NCBI GenBank assembly: GCA_029953675.1
Contig: JAMWBK010000012.1
Span: 930,001-994,000, forward strand
Direction of reading: 5' to 3'
DNA length: 64,000 nucleotides
Source of the DNA: Rhodosorus marinus CCMP1338
Lineage: Eukaryota > Plantae > Rhodophyta
The notes beneath the pieces are model-generated. The model saw only the letters and a program-made list of their open reading frames with translations, had not been told where the DNA came from and ran no database searches. The position numbers were made by a program, and so were the translations under genes. Shown in pieces: positions 36,430 through 49,151 of this stretch (positions are counted from its first letter, which is position 1; each line of letters opens with the position of its first letter).

Positions 36430-39400
36430 AACAAAATGGATTTGCCATTAGAGATCATCATATTCTTCAGAGTCCATGTCGTCAAACAGCTCCGGTGGAG
36501 ACTCATAGTCCTCGGGGGAGGATTCACTGTTCTTCAGAACGTTGTACATTGGCTCCAGGACGCTCGGGACTTCCAGATCAGATACTGGCGAAAGAATCTG
36601 GTTTGCAAGAAGCGGGAGGAGGTCCTAGTGAACACACGAGAGCAATACGGAAAAAGCCAGAACGGTTTGGTTACCTCGTTTCGAAGTAACGATTTCATGT
36701 TCGTTGACTTGAGAGACATTTCTACTTCAAACTTGACCTGAGCATTGACGTCATTTGGAGAACACAGCCGAGTGGAGGTGAGAATCTCGATTCAGGTCAG
36801 GTTAGATCCCACAGAGAGGATAACAAAGTAAAAGTACGTACGTCGATGAACTTGACGCCTCGTCCGCGATAGGAATGGTCAAAGATGACCGGGCCTTTGA
36901 AGGTACACTATGAAACCGCAAATAAAAAGAGAAGAGATCTTTGCGTGAGTCCGGTGATTATACCACGTCCGAACTCTGGTTCTCGGGTTGGGTTGCCTAC
37001 CTCTAGAAACTGGACTCTGAACAGTTTCGCGTGTTTGAAATCCACGATATCTGCAAACGTAACCTGTTGACCGTGCGAGGAATATGTCACTAGGAAGCCT
37101 TCGATCTGGTAGCTAAATCTCGTCTTGACGTACATTGCGAAAAACAACTTTGGACATATAGGCCCCTTCAAAGCCGACTCTACCAAGGAACAGTGCCTAC
37201 GAGAAGAACAAAAGGAATCGCGGATAAGTTGAGTGGTTAGATAATCAGTATCGACCGCTGCGGGAAGGAATCAGACCTTGTCGACTGTAACGCGCTCGAT
37301 CGTCGATTTCGCAAACCGTGAAATTCCAGCAAAGCCAACTTCCACCAAGCTGAGATCCTTCAGGAAGGCATAGCTCAGCAGCGTGTTACCAGAAACGCCG
37401 ACCTGTTGGCGAGGAAGCCGTTAGATTTGAGCGCTTCACAGGGCGTGATCCAGACGGAATCGATTCTTTCCTACCCCAATCAGATCCGTGTTCCTGATGT
37501 TCAGGTTTAGCAGCTCTACAGAAGCTCCAAAATGAACCTAGTGAAGCCGGAAATCAAATATCAGAGGCACGCGCTGGGAATTCAAGCCGCCATGATGTGA
37601 GGATGCGCCATACGTTGCGGAACTCCGCGTCCTTGATCGTCGAGGAACGAGAAACGGCGTCACCAACCACCGAAATCGAAGTGAACCGGACACGGTTCAA
37701 TTTCAACTCGTCCACTACGAATCCATCTCCAAACACCATCTAATACACAGGGTTCATCAGACAAGTTAAGAGCTCGGAGATCTCGAGACGTCGGTCCTAA
37801 AAGCTTCCAAAAAGCTCTTACGCTTTCAAAATTTCCGGCCTTGATGTTCACGTAGGACAGCAAGGTTCCACCCGCGATTATTACCTGGTTACGAGTACAC
37901 GAAAGAGTCACTTGAATTCTCCACAACGGGCCGATGGAGGAGAATGCTTGCAAGTCTTACATTCTGCAAATCTATCGTTTGAAAGATGACCTTCTCCGCA
38001 AGCGCATCCAACGCCATGGAAATCTGTTGGGATAGACGTAGTGGACAAGACCAAACATAAGGACCAAGGATGGGTTGTTGAGTACGGAGAAGAGCTCTTT
38101 CTTACTTGTTCAATGACGCCGTTCCTGAGATTGAGCTTGCCGAAGATGCCGCCTCCACCAGCCGATATCTTGTGGGCGGAAAGAGCAGTCGATTTGAAGT
38201 TAGAAGACATTCTAAGAGAGTCCAGTCCGACCAACTGTCGTCCACGTACCGATCTGAGCGCTGAGTTTTGCACATTTGCATCCTTGAAAATGAAATCACC
38301 GCCGGTGGAAATCTGCAGAGTGTTTGAAACATTACGGGTAGTAAGTGAATAGAGAGCGGGAAGAAAGTTCAGCTCTGGGCTGACGAATTTCGCTCACGTT
38401 TTCCAGCTTTGAACTGGTCAGTTTTGGGCTTTTCAGCGTTATTGAGTATTCAACTGAGACCTGTGGACGAAAAGCGACAGGCAGCGTTTGTTAGAGAGCC
38501 GCGAGGGGGGTACTCTTCTTTCGTTTCCGCATGTCTTACGTTCTGGATCTTCGTCTCGGTGATGACTGGAGATACTGCATCTACCATTCCGTTCACAGTG
38601 ATCTGGCGGCACAAGACGCTTCAGTACGAGATGACGGGAGAAGTTCGGGAGAAAGGTTCATAAGCTTACATCGCTTATGGACGTCTTCGTGAACTTGGGC
38701 TTGTTTAAAGACACACTCTGGTCGACTGTGATCTGTCGTGGGAGAAAATGAGAGCGATCAGACGTGTGGTACGCGTTGCGGATAAGTTTGTAAGGGGCGC
38801 ATTGGATCAGTGGCGACCTACCGAACCAACTAGAGATTTTTTGGTGGTCAAATACGCCAGCGACAGGAACGAAGCAAAACGTATCTACGCCGATTGGAAG
38901 AGCAGGGCAAAAACAAGAACCACTTGAGCATCGAGAACGTGCTCGAGTATTGTTCAGTTGAGAAGCTTACGTTCCTCGAGATGCTCTCGAAAATGGCCAT
39001 CCTCGTTAGAGTAACTGCTCCTGTGAATCTCAACTAGACGACAAAAAGGAAACCAGCCATAGTCAGCAAACTTGAATTTGCAAGCGGGAGACTGACCTCC
39101 TGCTAAGGAGCTCACCAATTCGTTGAGACAATCAGTGTACGAAACTTTGTTCGCTGATATCATTCCATGGAAATCGACCTAAACGAGAATCGCGACGCGT
39201 CAATACTGTTCAGGAGCTTATAATCTGAGAAAAGAGAGCTGCACAACGGTTGTGGACTCACTTTCGTAAACACCGATTTCAGAAACTTCGTATTTGAGAG
39301 TTCTCCACCGCTGCCTTCATAGGTCACCTGTTAAAAAGAATCCGCGGAAAGAAGCCAAACTTCAACGATAAAGGTCGGGATTTTGGTGAGAGGACTGGAA

Positions 39401-39750
39401 TCTCTTTGTCGCTCACGTTGGTCCACAATGCGTGCTTTCTTGGCAGCGAGCTAGGCGAGATATCGTTTGAATTCTGCGGCGTTTCATTGAGGAAGATTAT
39501 CTTGCTTTCAGACCATTTGTGTGGGAATCAACATGCTAAGCCTTCTTAGGTTCTGATTTGACTGTCATAGTACCAGATAGGCGTTTTCGAGTTTGTTTTT
39601 GTGCAAGCAGAAGTACGTCCTCTCACTTGAAAAGTCCATAGGGAGAAAGGTCAAGTTGGCATCGGACCAGCCCAAGTTTCCATCCACCATCTGCGGGTTT
39701 TCAGCAGAGCAGATCAGTACAACAGGTCTGAGGACGAAAGCAACCTTGCC
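36430..39750 (-). pseudogene. Large degraded coding region of unknown family (possible cell-surface protein with a Cys-rich segment)
   Basis: A chain of protein-like minus-strand ORF fragments (e.g. GCACGEGH..AECKTCK) broken by stops, with a C/A-rich promoter-like flank at ~39850-40000. No family recognised. Confidence 0.3.
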
Positions 39751-41420
39751 CGTAGAGCACTCACCTTTGGCACACAGCTTCTCATCCTCACCACGGCGAC
39801 AGTTGCTGAAACAGTCAGGGCGATGAGGAAAAGCGCACTAACAGCTCCAACAATCACAAGGATTGACTTTTTTGTATCTCCGCTTCCCTCGTCCTTCTAA
39901 AACGATCCGAAAATGACAAACCAAAAAACCAACCGTTCATAAACCAAAACTGAACCCAAAACCAACCTCTTCTCTCAACAACATACCGATGAAGAAGACG
40001 GATTGTCAAAGTTCGCTCGAACTGCAGCGAGCTTGGACATCCTGTCCTAGAGTTCTTTACACAAAATACCTTTCAAAAACAGATGTTCACCTACTGTAAA
40101 ATCAATTCGAAGAGCTCTATCCTTCGTCTCCGAACTACTCATCCTCTTCCTCCGCTCTCCTGTATTCTTCAGCATCTCAACGGATCGATTTTTCTACCCC
40201 AAAAAGCTCTCATTTTAAAAGTGTCTTCAATGGTTTTGATAGAGATCTATAACTATCTTCAAGGACAGTGAGCTAGCTCGATGGGATAAGATGTCTATAC
40301 TTGATGAAGGAACTGGGACTGCATCGTCGCGAGATCGTCACGAGATCGTCACGAGCCTTCAATCGGAGAGGACTGACGAAGACGCTGGATCTTGACGGTC
40401 CAGGCACTCAGTTCATCGTGACATGCGAACGAGGGCAGGGGTGCCGACGGAACCGGATGTTTCAGTTGATCCTGGTTTACTTCACAACGCCAGAATGGTG
40501 TGGGGGGGTCCGTGAGGTGCTCCAAGATCTCTTGGAACATCCAGTTCCATCGCTCCACTGCCGTGTTCGTTCGACACGTGAGATGAAGCAGTGAATACTT
40601 GGGCTGTTGGATAGCCGGGGTCGTTTTTCTGACTTGACTTTTTGAGTCTGGATTCTTTCTCATGCACCGTGAGGAGCTATCTGTGGTCTCCTACGTGCTA
40701 GAGAAATCGTTTGTCACTGGGCGTACGGGTCCCGATCCCCCAAGCGAGCTGATCCGATCTGTTCAGGCGCACAAGGTAGCGTATGTTGCCATCGAAAGAT
40801 TTAAGAGGAGATCTATCAGGCATAACATTCCTTATACGAACCGGTCTTCTTAGCTCTCTAAGTTAGACCTTGATCGGTACCTGCCCTGCCAGACCGTTTA
40901 GAGCGCCAAACCCCGCCAAACAGCCAACTACAACTGACACCGATGATATTCAAAATACCAGATTCCTATACATCAATATATCTTACTTCTTTTAAAAAAC
41001 GAATAATTCACAGGAATCTGGTAATTGGCAGTGAACAGCTTGAAACAAATCGTAGGGGTTATATTTACGCACTAAACTCATATGAAATTCAAATAATCAA
41101 AATTTCTTTCACTGTTTTTGAACTAGATGTCAATTGTTCAGCCCGGGGGGGGAGGTGAGGGTAGGGGGAACTGTGCTCTAACGATAGTAACATAATCTAG
41201 GGTTTTAGTACATATCACTATTGTACTAAAGGACTCAGTTCAGTTATAGAGACTGCTCCTGTTTGAGTTCCCCCCGGAGACGGCTTCAAGAGCAACCAGC
41301 TTCGTGTGACTACTCTTTATCTTCCTATACTATGTATTCGATGCTGTTCGTCTGATTCTCGTGTTTCGTCCTGATGATGGGCGGAGCTGCTTATTCAGCC
41401 CCCCGGTCCCTTGGCGTAGA

Positions 41421-42326
41421 CTACTTGGACGTTACAAGCTTCTTGCCGAGAACATCGACGGCTGCGACCAGAACGTCATGGATTTCAGGTCTCGAATCTC
41501 TGCATCAAGGGCGCAGCAGCGAACAGACTGAGCAGTGCTGAAAACGGTCGATTCTGATTTGGTGGTCATCCATACCTCATCTGCTTCGCCACTCGGAATG
41601 CTTCCTCGACGCTCATCCATCTTCGAGTTCTCTCCCCTTCCTGAGCAAAGGATGAGCTGAGAAGGGAGGATATTTCGGATCGCGCTGGTGGGAATTCTAT
41701 ACCTCTATCCAGTTCTCCACATGACTATGGACTTGAAGAAGGAACATGGTCTGCTGTTTGCCCACTGTCTCAAAGTGTAGACGCTCCTGAATGGATCCCG
41801 TTACGCCAGCTTCCTGCGTGTTGAGGCATGAAGATCAGCGATTTTCCAGCTCCCAGAGGGACAGCGTAGACCTCTTCTTCTGCTCACCTCCTCGGTTTCT
41901 CGGAGCACGACCTGCTGTGGACCCTCATCTGGTTCCATAGTACCTTTCGGGAAGATCCATCGGGAAGGGTCCTTCCGTGACGAAATCATGAGGACCTCAA
42001 AGTCAGTGTTCTCAACCCAACGGTAGGGAACCGATCCGTACTGCTCAGCGTAAAAAAAAACATACGGGCAGCCAGTGCTTGACAATTCAGCAAAGAAAGA
42101 AAGAAACCCACGCTTGACCAAGCCACGTCACCTTGAGTTGCTCTCCCAAGCTCATTTTCAGTCTACAAACGTCATAGGACAAAGAAAACTTCAAACAGCA
42201 GACCTCTACCTGCTTCCTACTCCCAACTCCTCCACCATCAGTTCACCCAGCCCAACCTCGAGAGCCTATCTGATCCAAAATACCACGCAGTCCACTCACA
42301 TACCCTTCCCAATCCTCCTCCGCCAT
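41421..42326 (-). CDS. Nudix hydrolase (DIPP/NUDT3-like), multi-exon
   Basis: Spliced Nudix box GTMEPDEGPQQVVLRETEE|EAGV (Gx5Ex7RExxEExG); GSVPYR..VLMISSRK..RWIFPKG; RTRRWMSVEEA. ATG at 42326, TAG at 41421-41423. Confidence 0.85.
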
Positions 42327-44264
42327 TACTACTATGGCAAGAGCGGTTTGAGATGAGGTCAATCACATATCGAATGGTGATGCAGTCAACACAACCATCT
42401 TCTCTCTGCGTTGATACAAGGCTCGCCAGAGTCTGAGGATCTCGCAGGGTCTATTCCATGTCCTCAGGCTGCTCGACGTCGTGGTGCAACCGCTGGTTCA
42501 ATGCGATCGACTGAAAGAGTCTCCATACGCTGAAGCGTTGACTCATCCTACCTTTCTGGACTTCACGCTGTCCAATTGGGTTTGTACCGCTCCTTATCCA
42601 GTGCTTTTAGTCTTCTAAATGGTGTTACTTCTCGCTTGCTGTTTTGTCTTTTGTAACGACCAAGAACCCTCGGCTCTATGTCAGAATCCGAAACCTCAAG
42701 AACGAAGTGGACAAACCGACCTTTCAACGCAGATCTGTAAAAGGCTCTTGACTATAGCTGCTAAGTGATTCTGAAGTCCCCGCCTCACTCCGAGGAGTTG
42801 CTGATCTTCTCGTGGGTGGAGCGGACGGCCTTCGTAATGCGTAGGTTGACCTGACTCTACAACCAGCCCTCTTGCCTCGCGTTGTTTCTGTCACCATATC
42901 ACGCGCATCCACAAGGACGTTTTGTACCAGGAGGTCCATACAAGTGTGACCACCCTGCTATCAGATCTGCTCTGCCGCCATCGAAGTCTTCCGGTCCGGT
43001 GGAAGCCTCCGGCACGACTTGGCTTTGGGGACTGTTTGCGGAATCGCGATGAGAACTCGCTCGCTCTTTCCTCGCATCGTTGAGGTATATCCTCTGGCGT
43101 TCTACCAGCTCCTAATGTCCAGAGGCCCAACCTCCTAGCCAAACCTATCCGCTTGAACGTTTTCGTCGTGAGATTCTACAATGGTCCATCTAGATTGAAT
43201 TCAGTCAATATAGTCCATTTTTATTTTGATATTCAATTAATAGAAATAATATTGATTGATCCACTATTTTTTGGCCTGTCCTCGAAGGGTTCTAGAGACT
43301 TGTTTTGTTTTTTGGATTAATTTAGTAAGGAAATGACGATGGCCGGAGGTAAGCTTTTTGTGTGGATGAGAAAGGATTTTGAGATGTTCGGATTTTCATG
43401 TCATTTTTGATGGCGTTAGGGAGATGACGGGATAGATCTATTATGCAAGCGATCTAGCTCGGTTTGGTTAGTCTGCTCGTCTCCTCACGAAACACGGAAT
43501 GCTATCTTTGACTCTCATGTTTACTCTAAAACAAACAAGGCTGTCCCTAGGTTGGTGCCCTGGGACATGGGGGAGGTGAGAGGAGTCACAAATGTGCTTA
43601 CTCATCAGCTCAAACTGGCACGCTCTCATAGCAAGGTTCAAACTCAAGAGCTGACCCCGGGGCCCTTTCAACAGCATCGCATAAGGCGGTAGGATATCTG
43701 GTGAGACCGCAAAGGTCTGCCGTTGTCAAACGTTAACGATGTTATCCGCGTACTCACTTCCCGCTTTGCTAGAGGAAGCCTAAGCCTCTTGACCAAGCGG
43801 TTCGGAGACGTGAGATAATCTTCCTTCCCTCTCTCCCGAGGAAGGAGAGGGTGCGAGGAGGATGGAAAACATAAGATCACAGCTTAAAAACAAGACAAAC
43901 CGTCGAGGAGAGCTGTATGAAACCATCAAAGTAAGCTCAGGATATCACAACAGGAAGAATTTGCCTAACAATACTGGAGTTGCCGGAGGCAGCTAGCAAC
44001 CACGACGGGGAAGAAGGTATTGAGCAAGTTAGCAACGAACAGGCCGCCCATTGGGTTTGAGAAGTCTACAGAGTGTATTTAGTTGAAAGCGAGAGGAAGA
44101 GAAGGGAAGGGATGGAGTGAGGTGAGGTGAGGTAGGATTTGTTAAGTTAAAGAGAGGGTTTGTGAGGTTTGGCGGAAGAGGGGGAGGGGGCGAGGGAGGG
44201 AGGTGGATTTCGTTTTTGTATATAAACGGGAGAGGGGAATTCTGTATTGATCTTGTTGGTAGAG

Positions 44265-45780
44265 ATGGCGTTGGGATTTTTACGTGGATTGGGAACGCCT
44301 CACGTTGGGCGCAGTTCGTTTGTGGGATCGCGAGGTTCCATCTGTGGGATCTCCGCAAAACCAAAGGTAAGGGCGTGATTCTATCAAGCGTACAAAAGAA
44401 ACACGGGAAAAAGAATGTGGACCCGTGGATCCCTTTTGAGATGCTCCGAGCTGAGGATCGCGTTTTGTTTTTGTTTAGGTTGTGAAGCGTCGGAGCTGCG
44501 CTGTGAAGATGTATTTGGGCGGAGGAGGATTTCTTGGTGTTGGTCCGGCTGAGGTTGTGCTAGTGGTTGTCGTCGGATGGTTAGTATTGGGGCCTAAGGA
44601 GCTGATTCGGTTGTCCAAAGAGATCGGATCTCTTCTGGGAAGTCTTCGTCAATCTGCTGATGAAGCCAGGAGGACACTTACGAACGCTTTGGAGATGGAG
44701 ACTTTGGAGGAGGAGTACAATAAGACTCTGGACGCGTTTAATACGGGCTATCAGCAGGGCGTGAGTGGAACGGTCGAGAAGAAGAAGGGGGAGGATGAAG
44801 ACGACGAAGAAAACGTGAATGGTAAGAAGAAGATATCTGCAAAGGATGAAGACTCTGAGCTAGTGGAAGGTCCTGCAGAGGCGGAAGTTGCCAACCTAGT
44901 GGAAAGCCTTGCGGAGGAAGTGGGTGAATCAGTTGTAGATGAAACCGGGGAAGCCATAGCGGCGGCAGTGGAACAGGCGATTGCCGAGGAGTTGCGTGAG
45001 AAAGATGATGAAGAGCAGGACACCCTGGGAGAAGAGCTGTCGCTGGCAGAAGACGACGAGGAAAAGTCAGAGGGAAATGCGGAGACGACGTCAGAAGAGG
45101 AAGTCGAGGATGAAGACGAACTAGAGGAAACCAAGGCTGAAACCTTGGAGCAGGAAGAAGACGAGCTGGAGGAATCAACATCGGAGGAAAGGGATGATGA
45201 GCTCGAAGAAACAAGCGCGGTTTCGGAGGAAGATCAACCCGACGAGAAAGAGAAATCAGAACCGCGCTCAGCTGAGAAGAGCGTCACTGCCGACCCTGAA
45301 GACGCGGTCCGATTCGGGAGCCTTTTGAGGTTTGTTCTTAGACCGGTTCTTTGAAAGTCCTCGTTCTTGCGTCGATGTACTCACGGTTTCGGTGACGTTC
45401 TTTTTGAAACAGTAACCTCAAACCTCGCCCTCAGCGTCCTGTGGAAGCGGACATTGGTGAAGAAGCAGCTGCGAGATTTCAGGACCAGATGAGGAGGCTT
45501 GAATCTCCAAATCAGGTCCCTCCAAAGCCAGAGTAAGTCCCAGACATCCTCCCAAACCATACACTCCAACGACCGGACGCTGACCACCTTTTTTTGGCGT
45601 TCCAGAAGAGGAGCAGAGTCCAACGGGTCGGTCGAAGACCTGGCCATCGCAAAAGATGAGATTGAAAAAATCGAACTTGAGTATTTGGACGAACGTGCAA
45701 GGGTGGAACTCGAAGCTCTGGACAGAAAGTACTTGGAAATGAAGCAGAAGATTATTGAAAAGAAGAGCAAGATGAGCTAG
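44265..45780 (+). CDS. tatB: Plastid twin-arginine translocase TatB/Hcf106-like subunit with a long acidic region
   Basis: Transit exon 44265-44366 (MALGFL..), intron GTAAGG..TTTAG, then FLGVGPAEVVLVVVVGWLVLGPKEL..IGSLLG (TatA/B TM-GP-amphipathic helix). Probable last exon ..ELEALDRKYLEMKQK..* ending at 45780. Confidence 0.78.
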
Positions 45781-46493
45781 GTTATCTCTGCGAAGGTCAC
45801 CTACTTTTTCTTACATGTCAGACTAAGCTCGTGGTCTGCTGAAACCACCTCATGGGCTGTCTATCACTCCATGTGGAGAGATTGATTACTTGTTATTGTA
45901 TTTGCTCCCTAAGACTCTCCAAAGTGCCCGCTTTTGCCGATTCACCCGTAGCCGGCCAGCCACGTTGAGAAATGTGGGGATGAGGTTTGAGTGCGATGGT
46001 TGTAGTTTAGGATCTTTCAAGTGGGGTTTTCTTGTACAGGCTCCCTCTGGGTATGTCATTTTTGATCGAAAAAAAAAATCGAAGGCTTCTGCTTTTTTGT
46101 GTTTTCTTCTTCTGTCCTCCTCGTGCCCGCAGCACGTTGTACTAGATGCAACAGGTTCTATAAGCTCTGCTTACAGAAACAACTCAGCTGCGGGTAGTCT
46201 TCGCAGGTCCGAAGCATAGAAAAGAGCGCGGCAGTCACTGCTTCTGGCTTGAGAATGACAGTCCAAGTCGCGCTACAGGGCGTGCACGGAGCCCACAGTG
46301 GCTTTGTACAGTCGCTCGCTTCCAAGTAGCCCGGTTCCCGTGAACGGACCAAGCGAAGGATCCTGCCAAAATACACCCTCGCCTTGCTTGCTGACTGTTT
46401 GTGCAAAAGCTCGGGTTTGTTTATTTACTATGCTCTACAAGTAGTGGACATCAAGCCGGGAGCGGAGTCCCAGCCCTGCCTTATCAAGGTAGC

Positions 46494-47610
46494 TCAAGGT
46501 TCGGTTGAGACTGCTGCTGCTTCGATAACGCCGCCGTCGCCAGTATCATTGCGGCCGGTAAAACTCGCTGCGGCTTTAAGCATCTTATCAACATCAGCGT
46601 AGGTTAAAATTCCGGTATCAACGTGTTTGAAGATGACGTTTTCTCCTTGGAAAACGATCGCTCCACCCTGCCAGGTCAGCTGCTCCGTTTCCTTGGGTTT
46701 GAGCTCATCCCCTATGAGACGCAGCGAAGCAAGTCGTCTGATGAGAACTCGGGAGCACTCATGAGGAGAAAAGAGGGCGTTGGCATTTTCAAACGTACAA
46801 TTCTGAAGGATCGATCTCATGTTGCCCAGCCTGAGGGTCGCGAGCTCAAATGGTCTCTGAAAACCGGTTCCAAGCACATCGAACAAGTTGGGTGAGGTGA
46901 AAATGGGTTTTGCACGTCGATCTCCAGTGTAACCTCGAAGAACTTCCTGGATTGTTCCAGGAGATCCGATGCCAGCGAGCATCGGTAAGAGCTTGACGTA
47001 GGCGTTGACATCTGCATCTGGAGCAAAGCCCTGGCGAGGCGTCGTGAAGCTCTGGAGTGTGAGACAAGGAAGCTGACGGGATAAAGTTTTTTTACTCTAT
47101 TATTGCTCACCTTGCTGAAGCCTAGCGCGGTGTGGCAGTTTCCTGGCTCGTCAGCGAAAACCAGTGACTTGTTGATGGAGAGGAGCTGGGAGTACTTTTG
47201 TGCGTTGTCCACAGATCCGAGACCGATGCAGATCACTGGGATATCCTTCTCATCGAAGATGGAAATCTTTTGGGAAATCTTGGACAGAGATAGAGAGAAG
47301 AGAACATCAGAAAGATATTTGTGGAGACTAGGGGTTGGCTCGTGGTCCTAGGACATGAAATACACACCTGCTGCCCTAGCTCCCAAGACGTGAAATCTCC
47401 AAAATGTGTCAGAAACACAACAGCAGCCTTCTGATCACTCCTAACATCCCACAAATCACCCACTCTTCTCTCCTCTCCACCCTTCGCCGACTTCACGGAG
47501 ACATCACAGATCGCGTCATACTCTACAGATGACCTCACACTGCTCCTCCTCCTATTCCATCCACTTCTACCACCTCTAACATTTCCTAAACCCGATAAAA
47601 ATCCTAACAT
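46494..47610 (-). CDS. AhpC/TSA_2 (peroxiredoxin-like 2) family protein, plastid-targeted, multi-exon
   Basis: MLGFLSG.. transit peptide; VVFLTHFGDF..; ICIGLGS..A..Y; FQRPFELATLRL; QGGAIVF..H.D.G.L.YAD, as in cyanobacterial/algal AhpC-TSA_2 proteins. Confidence 0.8.
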
Positions 47611-47749
47611 CGTTCCTTATCATCAATTCTCAGTCTTCAATCCCTCCACTTCCATAGCTACATCCCCACAGCTCACCTCCCATCCCTCCCGAACCTCTCT
47701 ACCTCCACCGGATACCCACCTAAAAAAAAAAAAAAACATTCCTTGGCAT

Positions 47750-48161
47750 CCAATCTGTTAATCAGTTCATAGCAACCAATCATTTTCTTAAAATTAGAAA
47801 TAAGGAATCTAAACCAATAGTTTTACCAATCATTATGCTTATGATAAATTGGAGATATCTAATACGACAATTCTTCCAATTAAAACTTTTAAAACAATAT
47901 AAGATGTCTATAACACGTAATCTACCAATTAATATTCTTGAAGCTGAAATAAGGAACATAGCACAGTTATTCTACCAATAGTTATTCTGAGAATCAGAAT
48001 AAGATCTAAATAACCAATCATTGAACTTAGATATTTGTAATAATTCATTTTTACCAATCATTACCGAATTCGAAGATCTATAACTATAATTTTACCAATC
48101 ATTATTCTTAAGTTCTGAATAATAACGTTTTACTACGCTGTATAACAATAATTCTACCAAT
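47750..48161 (+). promoter_or_regulatory. Dense CCAAT-box array in an AT-rich intergenic island
   Basis: CCAAT at ~47750, 47776, 47814, 47826, 47876, 47925, 47975, 48014, 48054, 48095 and 48157, mostly as ACCAATCAT(T/C) or ACCAATAG, plus one reverse ATTGG at ~47848. Confidence 0.6.
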
Positions 48162-49151
48162 CATCAGTACCAACAGGTCTTATTGTCACGTTGGGATTGG
48201 GACTTGTTTAGGCTAAGATGCTGCACAAAGAGCTGATGTTGTAGAGGGGAACCTGCTGTGAATAATTCAGAGTAGTTCGTATCCAGCCATGGAACCATTG
48301 TGATCGTGATCAGTTGTGGTTGTGATCAGTCCAGATCCTTAGCACCATGAAACCAGTCCTTTGCCGGATGGAACTCGTATTTGGTGCTCGGCGTGTTTGT
48401 GTTGTCAGTCTGGGCCACCTGGGTTATGGACAAGAGGGGAGACGCTATGAATACCTTTCGGAGGAGAGCTACGTTGAAAGAGGTACCGAAGAAAAACTAT
48501 CGGCTCATGTTCGGGGGGTGGGGCGCCAGGACGAAACAAGCCCGCAGAAAATCTTCAACAGCTTGGCTGAGGATGATAGACAGCATGAGACAGAGTATGT
48601 AAACCCCAAGAAACAGGAACGCCTCGATAGCCCGGTGGTTGCAAGAGCACATCGATGGGAAAACCTTGCCGCGCATTTACATGCATCGGCCCCTGAAGCT
48701 TTTCCTCCTCCGCCCGAAGCGGCCGTAGTGCCTTCTTACAGCCTCTCACCAACACCTCATGAGCCCCAGCTCCGGCTGAGAGACAACCGAGCCTTGCCGT
48801 GACTTGCCTCGCGGGGTCAAGTACCCTCGACCGCCCTTTCCCATTTTAATATGTCCCATTGCTTTGTCCCAAAACATATCTCGGGGTGGGATTGATCTAG
48901 ACGATACTTAGCCGGTCGATAGCTAGATCGACTTAACTTGGAAAGAGTTGTGATGGATGCATGGTGACACTGGTAGGAAACGTATTTGGGATGGATCTTG
49001 GAAAGGATAAGAAGCACCCAGAAACGTTTCTCTGGTAGGAAGCCTGGATCTTGTCGGGATGAGAGAAGGGCAGAGTTGCTCGACTGGATAATTCTGTACG
49101 TTTTCGAGGAGGGTGTTGTTTTTTTTTTGTTTGTGCTGGAGTGAGGCAACG

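Noticed and set aside
42380-44060. Possible small spliced minus-strand genes between the Nudix and TatB genes
   Set aside because: Splice-like signals are present, but I could not assemble a consistent frame or recognise a product.
48347-48802. Protein-like ORFs between the CCAAT array and NPRL3
   Set aside because: In-frame stops and no recognisable family; cannot be supported without RNA data.
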